From the NCBI GenBank assembly GCA_963771275.1, contig CAVYSW010000003.1, positions 704,001-768,000 of the forward strand: a DNA stretch of 64,000 nt, in the 5' to 3' direction. Source of the stretch: an uncultured Gemmatimonadales bacterium (lineage in GTDB: Bacteria > Gemmatimonadota > Gemmatimonadetes > Gemmatimonadales > GWC2-71-9). Position 1 is the first letter of the stretch. The number at the start of each line of letters is the position of its first letter. The notes beneath the pieces were generated by a model, which worked only from the letters and a program-made list of their open reading frames with translations, had not been told where the DNA came from and made no database searches. This document shows positions 20,553 through 31,415 of this stretch, piece after piece. A program made the position numbers and the translations under genes.

Positions 20553-21640
20553 CGGCACGCCCCCACGATCTGGCCGAGCAGCTCCGTGACCCCCGCGACC
20601 GTGTGGTCGCCCATGTGCCCGATGCGGATCGTGGAGTCCTTGAGCGGTCCGTAGCCCGATCCGATGATCCACCCGTCCGCCTTGAGTCGCTGCACGATCG
20701 GCCGGCTCTGCATGCCCTGCGGCACCGTCAGGCAGGACACCGTCCACGAGCGCCGGCCGCAGCGCGGCAGATAGCCGAAGCCGAGCCGCCCGCCGTCGCC
20801 GCTCACCCAGTCCTCCACCGTGCGGCGCATCGCGTCGTGCCGGTCCCAGCGCGCCACGACCCCGCCCTGCTGCTCGATCCGCGCGCATTGCGCCGCGAGC
20901 GCGTAGAACAGCGAGACCGCCGGCGTGTTGGTCGGCTGGCGCTCGGCAAACGCCTCCGCATAGGCCACGAGATCCAGGTAGGCGCCCCGTCCCGGCAGCT
21001 TGCGCGCCCGCTCGAGCATGCGGTCCGAGGCGACCCCCAGCGCGAGGCCCGGCGGCAAGGCGAGCGCCTTCTGCGAGCCGGTGAACACGAAATCGAGGCC
21101 CAGCAGGTCCGTCTCGACGGGCGAGCCGGCCAGCGACGTCACCGCATCCACCAGCAACAGGACGTCGTCGAACTCGTGCACGGCCGGTGCCAACTCCGCG
21201 AGCGGCGCGAGGGCGCCGGTCGACGTCTCCGAGTGGACGAGCGTGACCGCGTCGACTTCGGTCCGGAGCAGCGCGTCGCGCAGCATGTCCGGCTCCACGG
21301 TCTCGCCGGGGTTCACGTCGAGGCGCACGACGTCCAGCCCGCAGGCTCTGCCGATCGCCGCGAACCGCTCGCCGAAGGCGCCGCCCACCACCGACAGCAC
21401 GCGGTGCCGCACGCCGGAGCGGATCGCCATCTCCATGAACCCCGTCGCCGCGCACGTGCCGACCAGCACGCGCCGGCTCGTGCGGAACATGTCGCGCAGC
21501 GGCGTTTCGATGCCGGCGAGCAGGTCGACCATGGCCGAGCCGCGGTGCGGGATCATCGGCCGCAACATCGCCGCCAGCACGTCGGGATGCACTTCGGTGG
21601 GGCCGGGAAGGAAGAACCGGCCGAACGGGATAGGCGTCAT
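20549..21640 (-). CDS. Class V PLP aminotransferase (serine/alanine-glyoxylate type)
   Basis: PGPTEV, HSETSTG, VDAVTS, GSQKALALPPG, RIGHMG. Confidence 0.92.
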   Translation of the reverse strand: MTPIPFGRFFLPGPTEVHPDVLAAMLRPMIPHRGSAMVDLLAGIETPLRDMFRTSRRVLVGTCAATGFMEMAIRSGVRHRVLSVVGGAFGERFAAIGRACGLDVVRLDVNPGETVEPDMLRDALLRTEVDAVTLVHSETSTGALAPLAELAPAVHEFDDVLLLVDAVTSLAGSPVETDLLGLDFVFTGSQKALALPPGLALGVASDRMLERARKLPGRGAYLDLVAYAEAFAERQPTNTPAVSLFYALAAQCARIEQQGGVVARWDRHDAMRRTVEDWVSGDGGRLGFGYLPRCGRRSWTVSCLTVPQGMQSRPIVQRLKADGWIIGSGYGPLKDSTIRIGHMGDHTVAGVTELLGQIVGACR

Positions 21641-21660
21641 GGATGGCATGGGGGCATTTG

Positions 21661-21747
21661 GGAGAGTGAAAAGTGAGAAGTGAGAAGTGAAAAGAGAAGC
21701 CCCCAACGCAAACGGCTCTTCACTCTTCGCTTTTCACCCTTCACTCC
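21661..21747. repeat. Inverted tandem-heptamer element, copy 4
   Basis: gtgaaaa gtgagaa gtgagaa gtgaaaa ... tcttcac tcttcgc ttttcac ccttcac; overlaps the stop codon at 21741. Confidence 0.9.
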
Positions 21748-22799
21748 ACGCGCTCCAGCCGCGGGTTCGGGCGGTACTGCCGTCCTGCCTTGCCGCACGG
21801 ACGGCCGTCGACCAGCACGACGTCCGCGGTGAAGTCGTAACGCCCCGCAAACAGCGACGAGCCGACGCCGTAGGCGTCCACCGGCACGCCGAGCGATTCG
21901 AACTGCCGGATCTTCTCCGCCGTGAACCCGCCCGACACGACGATCTTCACCTCGCGGAATCCCTCGGCGTCGAGCGCCCGGCGCACGTTCCACACGAGCT
22001 GCGGGTTCACGCCGGTGGGATCGAACGAGCCCATCTGGGGCACGACCGACTTGTCCACCATGGTGTGCGAGGTGTCGAGCCGCACGCCGTAGAGCTGGGG
22101 GCCCAGCGCCCGCGCCACGGCGAGGGCCGTGGTGACGCTGTCGTTGTCGAAATCCACGAGGCTGATCAGCCGTACGTCGTCCGGCATGTACTCGGCGAAC
22201 TTGCGGGTCGCGAGCACCGTGTCGCCCCCGAACGCCGCGATCATGGCGTGCGGCACGGTCCCGATGCCGCGGCTGCCCCACCACGAGGCCTGGGCGTCGG
22301 TCGACACACCGATCGCGCCCGCGATGTGCGCCGCGTAGCCATCGCCCGTCTGGACCAGCCAGTGGTCGTGTCGGGCCGGGAAGAACATGACCTCCTTGGG
22401 CTTCGCCGCGTCCACGACGCGGCGCGTATTCGTGCCGACGCGCGTGCGCCGCGCCAGCACCCCGAGGTAGAGGGTCTCGAGGTGCGCGAACACGTCGTAC
22501 GGTCCCTCGATCGTCAGCACCGTTTCCCACGGCGCGATCGCGTCGCCGTCATACAGGGCGTGCACCACGAGATCCGGCCATTCGACGGCGCAGAGCTTGA
22601 GGATCGCGATCGCCTCGTCCACGCCGCCCAAATAGGCCTGCGCCTTGCCGAACACCTGCATCAGGACGTGCGGGCGATGGCGATCGGCGAGCAGGATCTC
22701 GCGCGTGCGGACGAAGTACTTGTCAGAGTAATAGCCCTCGCGCATCCGCTCCACCGGCAGGTGGAAGATGGCGGGATCCAGTCGCGGGCGTCGTGGCAT
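21741..22799 (-). CDS. Nicotinate/quinolinate phosphoribosyltransferase family protein (NAPRTase-like)
   Basis: GYYSDKYF, LETLYLG, GTVPHA, GVRLDT, KIVVSGGF, GVGSS, DFTAD. Confidence 0.85.
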   Translation of the reverse strand: MPRRPRLDPAIFHLPVERMREGYYSDKYFVRTREILLADRHRPHVLMQVFGKAQAYLGGVDEAIAILKLCAVEWPDLVVHALYDGDAIAPWETVLTIEGPYDVFAHLETLYLGVLARRTRVGTNTRRVVDAAKPKEVMFFPARHDHWLVQTGDGYAAHIAGAIGVSTDAQASWWGSRGIGTVPHAMIAAFGGDTVLATRKFAEYMPDDVRLISLVDFDNDSVTTALAVARALGPQLYGVRLDTSHTMVDKSVVPQMGSFDPTGVNPQLVWNVRRALDAEGFREVKIVVSGGFTAEKIRQFESLGVPVDAYGVGSSLFAGRYDFTADVVLVDGRPCGKAGRQYRPNPRLERVE

Positions 22800-22800
22800 G

Positions 22801-23529
22801 TCAGTCGCGGACCTCGGTGACCTCGAACCGCAGGCGGCGGCGCGCGAGCCAGCGCACCCCCAGCGCGTCGCGCAGGCCGCGCAGGGTGCGGTTCCCTGCG
22901 CCGTACTTGGTGCGCCCGTAGCGCCGGCGCCGGTGGGCCACCGGCAGCTCCTCGAACCGGCCGCCGCGCAGCGCGATCAACGTCGGCAGGAACCGGTGCA
23001 TGCCGTCGAACCGCGGCAGCCCGGCGAGCGCGGCCCGGCGCATCACCTTGAGACCGCAGCCCGTGTCCTGCACCCGATGGCCGGTGATCCAGTTCCGAAA
23101 GCTATTCGCGACCCGACTCTGCACCAGCTTCCAGACGGAGTCGCGTCGGCGCGCCCGGGCGCCGACGACCGCCGCGAGGTCGGGACGCGCCATCAGGCGC
23201 GCGAGCAGCCGCGGGATATCCGCCGGATCGTTCTGGCCGTCGGCGTCGAGCGTCACCACGATGTCGCCGCGCGCAAGGTCCCATCCCGCCGCCAGGGCCG
23301 CGCTCTGGCCCGCGGGCGCGCCAAGTCGCAGAATCCGCAGCTCCGGCATCGTCCGGGCAAGCCCGCGCAGCGCCTCCAGCGACCCATCCGTCGACCCGTC
23401 GTCCACCGCGAGAATCTCGTAGCGGCTCCCGTCCAGCGCGGCCCGAACCTCGGCGAGCAGCGGGGCGAGATTTTCCCGCTCGTCGCGCACGGGCAGGACC
23501 ACCGACAGCTCGGGAGCGTCCGCCGTCAT
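22801..23529 (-). CDS. Glycosyltransferase family 2 (polyprenol-phosphate glycosyltransferase-like)
   Basis: VDDGSTD, GQSAA, DADGQNDP.DIP, DTGCGLK, MHRFLP. Confidence 0.92.
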   Translation of the reverse strand: MTADAPELSVVLPVRDERENLAPLLAEVRAALDGSRYEILAVDDGSTDGSLEALRGLARTMPELRILRLGAPAGQSAALAAGWDLARGDIVVTLDADGQNDPADIPRLLARLMARPDLAAVVGARARRRDSVWKLVQSRVANSFRNWITGHRVQDTGCGLKVMRRAALAGLPRFDGMHRFLPTLIALRGGRFEELPVAHRRRRYGRTKYGAGNRTLRGLRDALGVRWLARRRLRFEVTEVRD

Positions 23530-24164
23530 GCGCCGTCTTCCACGGTTCGCTGGGCGAGGAGCCGGCTCAGCTCGGCCCGGGCACCGACAACGAGCGGCGA
23601 GTCCGGGTGTGTGTCGATCAGCCGCCGGAGCTCGACAATCGCCCGGCCGCGGTCGTGCAGGCGGTCGCGGTAGATGTCCACCAGCCGCAGCGCCAGCGCG
23701 ATCGCGCGCCGCTCGTCGGTCACCCGACTCCTGGCCTCGGCATAGAGCGCCGCGGCCCGGGCCGGATCGTCGAGCCGCCGGAGCGACAGCTCCGCCAGGC
23801 GCACGCGCGCTTCCCAGTCCCCGGGGCAGCGCGCGATCTCCGCGCCGTAGGCCGCCGCCGCATCGGCGTAGGCGCCGCGGGCCTCGAGCGCCTCGATGGC
23901 CGAGTACCCTTTCGCGGGCGGCGTCGACGACCCGTCGGGGGCGTACAGGCTCCCGACCAGGCGGCTCAGTCCCTCACCCGCCGTGCGCGTAACCGCCCAC
24001 ACGCCGCCGGCCACGAGCAGCAGGAGCAGTCCGCCGGGGAGGAACATCGCCAGAATCCCTCCGACCCCGGGAATCAGCTGGCCCACCAGGCCGATCGCGA
24101 CGAACAGGCCGCCCACCAGCAGCAGGTACCGGATGGCGACGCGGTCGGGCAGGTCGGAGGACAC
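23526..24164 (-). CDS. Membrane-anchored TPR-like protein
   Basis: Two N-terminal TM segments, then helical repeats (AAAAY, AAALY, AIVELRRLIDTHPDS). Confidence 0.65.
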   Translation of the reverse strand: MSSDLPDRVAIRYLLLVGGLFVAIGLVGQLIPGVGGILAMFLPGGLLLLLVAGGVWAVTRTAGEGLSRLVGSLYAPDGSSTPPAKGYSAIEALEARGAYADAAAAYGAEIARCPGDWEARVRLAELSLRRLDDPARAAALYAEARSRVTDERRAIALALRLVDIYRDRLHDRGRAIVELRRLIDTHPDSPLVVGARAELSRLLAQRTVEDGA

Positions 24165-24233
24165 GAGGCGGGTTGATGGGGATCGGGGGATGGGGTAGGC
24201 GGGAACGTACGGGCCGCGGCGTCGCGAATCAAG

Positions 24234-24263
24234 TTGACACTGACCGGGACGCGCGGGGATAAT
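24234..24263 (+). promoter_or_regulatory. sigma70-like promoter upstream of the asparaginase gene
   Basis: TTGACA, 18 bp, GATAAT. Confidence 0.5.
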
Positions 24264-24314
24264 TCGCGCAGCCGACACCCATCCAGCGGAACCTCGCTCC
24301 AGGGGGAAACCACC

Positions 24315-25355
24315 GTGTCAGATACGCTTTCGCGCCGGGATTTCGTCGGGGCGGCCTCGGGTCTCGCCGCCGGGGCCGTTCTCGGAGTTCCGCGCGGCGG
24401 GCCGCGCGCCCCCGCCGTGCACGTGCCGCCGCCCGCCCGACCGGTGGCGGTCGCCTCGGCGAACGGCCTCCGCGGAGTCGAGGTCGCCGGCAGGCTCCTG
24501 GCGGAGGGCATGGACACCCTCGACGCCGCGATCGAGGGCGTGAAGATCCAGGAGCTCGACCCGAACGACATGTCGGTGGGCTACGGCGGGCTCCCCAACG
24601 AGGAGGGCGTCGTGCAGCTCGACGCCTCGTGCATGCACGGGCCGACCAAGCGCGCCGGCGCCGTGGGCGCGCTCGAGGGGATCAAGACACCGAGCGTGGT
24701 CGCCAAGTACGTGCTGCTCTACACCGACCACATCATGCTGGTGGGCGACGGCGCCAAACGGTTCGCGCTCTCCTACGGGTTCAAGGAGGAAGATCTCCTC
24801 ACCGAGAAGAGCCGCGAGGCCTGGCTCCACTGGCGCGCGAACCGCGGGCACGACGACGCCTGGCTGGACGTGCCGGACGACCAGCGCCTGCTCGTGGGCA
24901 CCACCGGCACGATCAACATGAACGTGGTGAACCCGAAAGGCGAGCTGTCGTCGGTCACGACGACCAGCGGGCTGTCGTGGAAGATCCCCGGGCGGGTCGG
25001 CGACTCCCCGATCATCGGCGCCGGGCAGTACTGCGACAACGACATCGGCGCGGCGGGGTCGACTGGGCGCGGCGAGTCGAACATCAAGATCTGCGGCGCG
25101 TTCCTCACGGTCGAGCACATGCGGCGCGGCATGAAGCCCGTCGATGCCTGCCTCGAGACCCTGCGCCGCGTCGTGGCCGCGGCCGAGCCCCGGCTGCTCG
25201 ACGCCCAGGGCCGCCCGAGCTTCCAGCTCAACTACTACGCGGTGAACAAGACCGGCGAGCTCGGCGCCGCCTCGCTCTTCCCATCACGCTTCGCGGTGTT
25301 CGACGGCCAGACGGCCGCTCTGCACGACTGCGCCTACCTGTACGAGCGCCGGTGA
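24315..25355 (+). CDS. N(4)-(beta-N-acetylglucosaminyl)-L-asparaginase (Ntn hydrolase), Tat-exported
   Basis: SRRDF Tat motif; SVGYGGLPN, LDASCM, TTTSG, GRVGDSPIIGAG. Confidence 0.92.
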   Translation: MSDTLSRRDFVGAASGLAAGAVLGVPRGGPRAPAVHVPPPARPVAVASANGLRGVEVAGRLLAEGMDTLDAAIEGVKIQELDPNDMSVGYGGLPNEEGVVQLDASCMHGPTKRAGAVGALEGIKTPSVVAKYVLLYTDHIMLVGDGAKRFALSYGFKEEDLLTEKSREAWLHWRANRGHDDAWLDVPDDQRLLVGTTGTINMNVVNPKGELSSVTTTSGLSWKIPGRVGDSPIIGAGQYCDNDIGAAGSTGRGESNIKICGAFLTVEHMRRGMKPVDACLETLRRVVAAAEPRLLDAQGRPSFQLNYYAVNKTGELGAASLFPSRFAVFDGQTAALHDCAYLYERR

Positions 25356-26533
25356 CCCGCCGCTTCCTCGCCCTTTCAGTCCTGCTCGCCGCGGCCGCTC
25401 CACCGGCGGCGGCGCAGCTGCCCAACATCTTTCCGCCCGGCTCCGACTGGCGTGACCTGTGGTATCCCAAGCTGTTCTGGGTCCCGCGCGAGGGCGTCAC
25501 GGTGGGCGGCTACTATGCCATCGCGCGCCCGACCCGCTACTCGGACCGCACGGCGGCGCCCCACCGGCTCCTCACGGCGCTCGACGGCCAGATCTCGGCC
25601 TCGGGGTCCCGCTACGTCCAGCTCGACGCCTGGGCGCCGGCGCTGGTCAAGGGCTGGCGGTTCCGCCTCACGCTCGCCGCCAAGCACTGGAACCGCGAAC
25701 CGTACTTCGGGATCGGCAACGCCACGACCGTGGACTCGGGCGACATCGCGGGCCGGGACCTCTACTACCGGATCACGCACGTGCGGAACTTCGTGCGCGG
25801 CGAGGTGCAGCGCGACATCGTGGGGCCGGTCCGCGTGCTCGCCGGCTGGCATGCCGAGCACTGGTTTCTCGACACGATCCAGACCAACTCCCAGCTCGCC
25901 GCCGATCTCGCCGGCGGCGCCGACCCGCGGATCGGGATCGGAACGAGCGACGTCAGCCTGCGTTTCGGCATCGTCGTGGATACGCGTGACCGCGAGGCGG
26001 CCCCACGGCGCGGCATGCTGCTGGAGGCGTTGGAGAGCATCGCCGACTCGAATCTCGCCGGAGACCTGAGTTACACGCGCACGACGATCAGCGCGCGCGG
26101 ATACCTCCCGCTCGGCGAGCACTGGAGCGTCGCGGCGCGGGTGGCGGGCGAGTCCATGGGCGGCGGCCCGACGCTCGGGACCTTCTTCACCTTCGAAGCG
26201 AGCGACCGGCCGTTCGGCGTGCTCGGCGGCCCCGAGTCGCATCGGGCGATCTACCGGTACCGCTTCGTCGACGCCGACAAGCTGCTGGGCAACTTCGAGG
26301 TGCGCTACGACGTGCTGCCGGTGCCGAGCCTCGTGCGCGCCACCGTGGTGGCGTTCGTGGACGCCGGCCGGGTGTTCCCGCAGGGGGCGTTCCGCCTCAC
26401 GACCGACGGACTCAAGATCGGCGGCGGCGCGGGGGTCCTCACCCAGTTCGGGGAGACCGCCGTGCTGGGCTTCACGACGGCGTACGGGCCGGACGGCCTG
26501 ACGCTGTACGCGCACTGGAAGTGGCCGTTCTAG
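25352..26533 (+). CDS. Omp85/BamA-TamA family outer-membrane beta-barrel (no POTRA domains)
   Basis: Signal peptide; YFGIGN, DTRD, NFEVRY, FVDAGRVF, terminal F; GTG start overlaps the upstream stop. Confidence 0.8.
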   Translation: MTRRFLALSVLLAAAAPPAAAQLPNIFPPGSDWRDLWYPKLFWVPREGVTVGGYYAIARPTRYSDRTAAPHRLLTALDGQISASGSRYVQLDAWAPALVKGWRFRLTLAAKHWNREPYFGIGNATTVDSGDIAGRDLYYRITHVRNFVRGEVQRDIVGPVRVLAGWHAEHWFLDTIQTNSQLAADLAGGADPRIGIGTSDVSLRFGIVVDTRDREAAPRRGMLLEALESIADSNLAGDLSYTRTTISARGYLPLGEHWSVAARVAGESMGGGPTLGTFFTFEASDRPFGVLGGPESHRAIYRYRFVDADKLLGNFEVRYDVLPVPSLVRATVVAFVDAGRVFPQGAFRLTTDGLKIGGGAGVLTQFGETAVLGFTTAYGPDGLTLYAHWKWPF

Positions 26534-26563
26534 TCCCCGCGCGCCGCGGGGGCCACCGGCGTC

Positions 26564-27706
26564 CTAGCGGCTTTCCGTGATCACGATCCCGCGCTTGGCC
26601 AGCGCCTTCACGTAGGGCTCGTACGGCATGCCCTCGTAAGCCGCCGTCACGCCGAACCGCTCGACCCGCCCGCCGACCTGCATCTGCGCCGTGATGGACA
26701 GCGAGAAGCCGGTGGTGCGCATCATCGACGTCACGTCGTGCTCGGCGTCGTAGAAGTCGAGCAGCTCGAACGTCTCCGTCCGGGCTTCGCCGTCCCTGGT
26801 CCCGGCGACGATCACCTTGAGCGCCACCAGGTCCCGGGCATCGTCCTTCCGGAGCTTCGGCGCCGCGAGGGCCACGAACACGTCGCGGGGACGGACGCTT
26901 GCCCCATCCACCACGATCGGATCGAGATCGAGCAGGCCGAGATCGCGGATCGCCCGGACGATCGTCGCGTGGCCGGGATAGCGCAGCGTCTTGTACTCCA
27001 TCGTGTGGATCTTGCCCTCGAAGTCCCAGGGCATGATCGAGATCCCGCCTCCCGTATGAAACGCCTCGAGCGTCCCCACGGGCGCGGCGAACTCCACGGC
27101 CTCGATCTCGGAGAGCGCTTCCACGCGGACCGGCTTGCCGTTCCGCAGCACCCAGGAAGGCGCCGTGTAGTAGTCGAGCACGCCCTCGATCGAGTAGACG
27201 ATGTGGTAGTTGAGCGGCGGCTCCGGGTTCTGCGGCAGGCCCCCGACGTAGAGCCGCACGCTGTCGACCTCGTCCAATCGCCTGATGCCCTCGGCCGCGA
27301 GGATGTTCACCATGCCGGGAGCCAACCCGCAGTCGGGCATGATCGAGATCTTCTTCTCCCGCGCCACGCCATCGAGCTTCTGCTGCTCGCGCACGATCTC
27401 GGTGTTGCCGCCGAGGTCCGAGAAGTGCACGCCAACCTCAACCGCGATGCGCGCGAGGTCGCCGTTCAGGTAGTATGGCAGCGCGCTCATCACCACGTCG
27501 TGCCCGGTCATCACGGTCGCGACGGCCCGGGCGTCGCGGGCGTCGAGCTTGACGACCTTGAGCCGCTTGCCCTTGTGGCCCCTGAGAAACGCCGGCAGGG
27601 GATCGGGGTCGAGGTCGGCGAGCGTGACGTGTGCGTCCGATGTATTGAGCAGGTCCCAGGCGCAGGCCGATCCCTGCAGGCCTGACCCTAACACTAGCAT
27701 TCTCAT
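26564..27706 (-). CDS. Saccharopine dehydrogenase / lysine 6-dehydrogenase family protein
   Basis: GSGLQG, DLGG, DCGLAPG, VGGLP, YKTLRYPGH, MRTTG. Confidence 0.9.
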   Translation of the reverse strand: MRMLVLGSGLQGSACAWDLLNTSDAHVTLADLDPDPLPAFLRGHKGKRLKVVKLDARDARAVATVMTGHDVVMSALPYYLNGDLARIAVEVGVHFSDLGGNTEIVREQQKLDGVAREKKISIMPDCGLAPGMVNILAAEGIRRLDEVDSVRLYVGGLPQNPEPPLNYHIVYSIEGVLDYYTAPSWVLRNGKPVRVEALSEIEAVEFAAPVGTLEAFHTGGGISIMPWDFEGKIHTMEYKTLRYPGHATIVRAIRDLGLLDLDPIVVDGASVRPRDVFVALAAPKLRKDDARDLVALKVIVAGTRDGEARTETFELLDFYDAEHDVTSMMRTTGFSLSITAQMQVGGRVERFGVTAAYEGMPYEPYVKALAKRGIVITESR

Positions 27707-27781
27707 GGAGTTACTCCATTGTCAGCCGGCTCCAGCCGGGCCGGAAAGATAGGCGGGGGGCCGGGCGCGGGCGAGGGCCGC

Positions 27782-27810
27782 TTGAGGCCGCGGGTAACGG
27801 GCTGTATCGT
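27782..27810 (+). promoter_or_regulatory. sigma70-like promoter, probably giving a leaderless tetR mRNA
   Basis: TTGAGG, 17 bp, TATCGT, then 8 nt to the TTG start. Confidence 0.55.
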
Positions 27811-27818
27811 GCAGCGCG

Positions 27819-28457
27819 TTGACGCACCCCACACCCCCACCCGACGTCTCCTCCCGGAGACGGAATCCGCGACAGACGCGGGACCGCCTCGTGCGTGCGG
27901 CCCTCGAGCTGTTCACCACACGGGGGTATCACGAGACCACCACGCCGCTGATCGCCGCCCGCGCCGGCATCGCCGAAGGAACGATCTACCGGCACTTCGC
28001 GAGCAAGGACGAGCTGCTCAACGAGATCTACCGGGCGGGTATTCGCCTGTTCATCGCGGTCGTCCGGGAGTCCGATCCCAGGGAGCGCTGCCGGGAGCGC
28101 CTGCAGCAGGTTGCCCGGCGCTGGCGCGACCTGGCCGGTCGGGAGCCCGCGCTCCTGCGCCTCGTATTCAGCGACCTGGCGGCACAGCTCGTGGACGAGA
28201 AGAGCCGCCTGAACGCGCGGGAGCTGCACGCCGAGCTCGAGAAGGTCGTCGCCGCCGGCAAGGCGGCGGGTGAGGTCAGGGCCGGTGCGGCCGAGTTGTG
28301 GGCGGAAGTGTGGCTGCGGTGCGTGCTGCTGGCGCTGGAGCGGGTGTCACGCGGCGTATGGAAGCCCGACGAGGCCGCGCTCCAGCAGGTGTTCGACGCG
28401 GCGTGGGACGCGATTCGGGCTGGAGGAGCCGCTCTACCGGAGGGTGCAAGCTCCTAG
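27819..28457 (+). CDS. TetR/AcrR family transcriptional regulator
   Basis: AALELF..GY..TT..IA.RAGIAEGTIYRHF.SKDEL. Confidence 0.93.
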   Translation: MTHPTPPPDVSSRRRNPRQTRDRLVRAALELFTTRGYHETTTPLIAARAGIAEGTIYRHFASKDELLNEIYRAGIRLFIAVVRESDPRERCRERLQQVARRWRDLAGREPALLRLVFSDLAAQLVDEKSRLNARELHAELEKVVAAGKAAGEVRAGAAELWAEVWLRCVLLALERVSRGVWKPDEAALQQVFDAAWDAIRAGGAALPEGASS

Positions 28458-28484
28458 TGCCGGCGGGCCAGAACAACACCAGGT

Positions 28485-28567
28485 GACCGCGGAGACCGCA
28501 GAGAACACAGAAACCGCAAAGCCCTTGTTCCGAACAAGCCTCTGCGAGCTCTGCGTGCTCTGCGGTG
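28485..28567. repeat. Inverted tandem-nonamer element (ACCGCAGAG)n...(CTCTGCGGT)n
   Basis: accgcggag accgcagag aacacagaa accgcaaag ... ctctgcgag ctctgcgtg ctctgcggt, with inner hairpin cttgttc/gaacaag. Confidence 0.85.
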
Positions 28568-28627
28568 CACTCGCGCAGTGACGACCCCTCCTCGCTCAGG
28601 CCGGACCGCGCTGCTCCTCCCCCGCCG

Positions 28628-29398
28628 TCACTTCCCGACGGATTGCCGCAAAAACACGAGGATGTCCCGCCACGCGCCGTCCGCCGCCGCCGCCGGCTCA
28701 TGCGTCCGCAGGAACCCGTGGCCCGCGCCCGGATACACGGTCTTCGTGTACTGCCGGCCCGCCGCCTGCATGGCGCGCTCCACATCGGGCACCGACGCCG
28801 TGATGCGCGCGTCGTTCTCCCCGTAGACGCCGAAGACCGGCGCGCGAATCCGGTGCATGGCCGTCGTATCCGGGCCCGGGCCGTAGCACACCACGGCGCC
28901 CTTGAGCGCGGCGTTGTTGGTCGCGTAGCGGAAGCTCTGGCCTCCGCCCCAGCAGAACCCGACCACGCCGATCGCGTCCCGCCGCACGGCCTTGAGCGAC
29001 TGGAGGTACGCGAACGTGGCGTCGAGATCCGCCGTGATCGAGTCGGGCGGGAGCCCGCTGATGGCCCGGCGCACGTCGGTGAGCTGGGCGGTCGTACCGC
29101 GCCGGGTCAGCAGGTCGGGGGCGATCGCGACGAACCCCGCGGCGGCCAGGCTGTCCACCACCGAGCGGACCCAGTCGCTCATCCCGAAGATCTCGTGGAT
29201 CACGATGATGCCCGGCCCGGGATCGGGCCGCTCGGGGTAGGCCACGTATGCGAGCACCGAGTCGCCGCCGCGACCCGTGTACGTGACCCATTCGCCGTGG
29301 ATGTCGGCGGCGGACGGGCGGAAGGCGGCGACCACTGCGGCGCCGGTGACGAGCAGCGCCGCCGCCACGAGCGGCCGGACGAGCGTGGTGATCCTCAC
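28628..29398 (-). CDS. Dienelactone hydrolase family protein (secreted)
   Basis: IHEIFG, GFCWGG nucleophile motif, YPGAGHGF. Confidence 0.93.
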   Translation of the reverse strand: MRITTLVRPLVAAALLVTGAAVVAAFRPSAADIHGEWVTYTGRGGDSVLAYVAYPERPDPGPGIIVIHEIFGMSDWVRSVVDSLAAAGFVAIAPDLLTRRGTTAQLTDVRRAISGLPPDSITADLDATFAYLQSLKAVRRDAIGVVGFCWGGGQSFRYATNNAALKGAVVCYGPGPDTTAMHRIRAPVFGVYGENDARITASVPDVERAMQAAGRQYTKTVYPGAGHGFLRTHEPAAAADGAWRDILVFLRQSVGK

Positions 29399-29632
29399 TC
29401 AGCTCTCCTTTTCGTCCGCATGCCCCTCCGTCCCTCCCCGGCCTATCCAACCGCGCGCGAAGGCCAGCATGACCAGTCCGAACACGAGCAGCACCAGGCC
29501 CCACCACAGATTGACGTTGACGCCAAGCGACCTGGCGTAGATCGCGCGGTCGGCCACGATGCCGTAGACCACCAGCAGCAGGCCGACCACCGCGAACATC
29601 AGCCCGATCGGGATTCGCACGTCCAGCTTCAT
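29399..29632 (-). CDS. Small membrane protein accompanying the SSS transporter
   Basis: LDVRIPIGLMF...NVNLWWG, two TM segments. Confidence 0.75.
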   Translation of the reverse strand: MKLDVRIPIGLMFAVVGLLLVVYGIVADRAIYARSLGVNVNLWWGLVLLVFGLVMLAFARGWIGRGGTEGHADEKES

Positions 29633-29666
29633 ACGCTTCGCCGCCTTTCGCGTTCCCTCACCAGGG

Positions 29667-31379
<1,713 letters not shown>

Positions 31380-31415
31380 GAGCGATGCCTCCTTCTGTGT
31401 GAGCGGCCGGAGTCG

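Noticed and set aside
20553..21455. N-terminal extension of the 619-aa dehydrogenase ORF
   Set aside because: Out-of-frame overlap with the aminotransferase; the real start is 20552
293..21747. Heptamer arrays as CRISPR repeats
   Set aside because: Units are 7 bp, tandem and inverted, with no 25-45 bp repeat-spacer periodicity and no cas genes
24629..25351. N-terminal extension of the Omp85-like ORF
   Set aside because: Overlaps the asparaginase in another frame; the signal peptide begins at 25352
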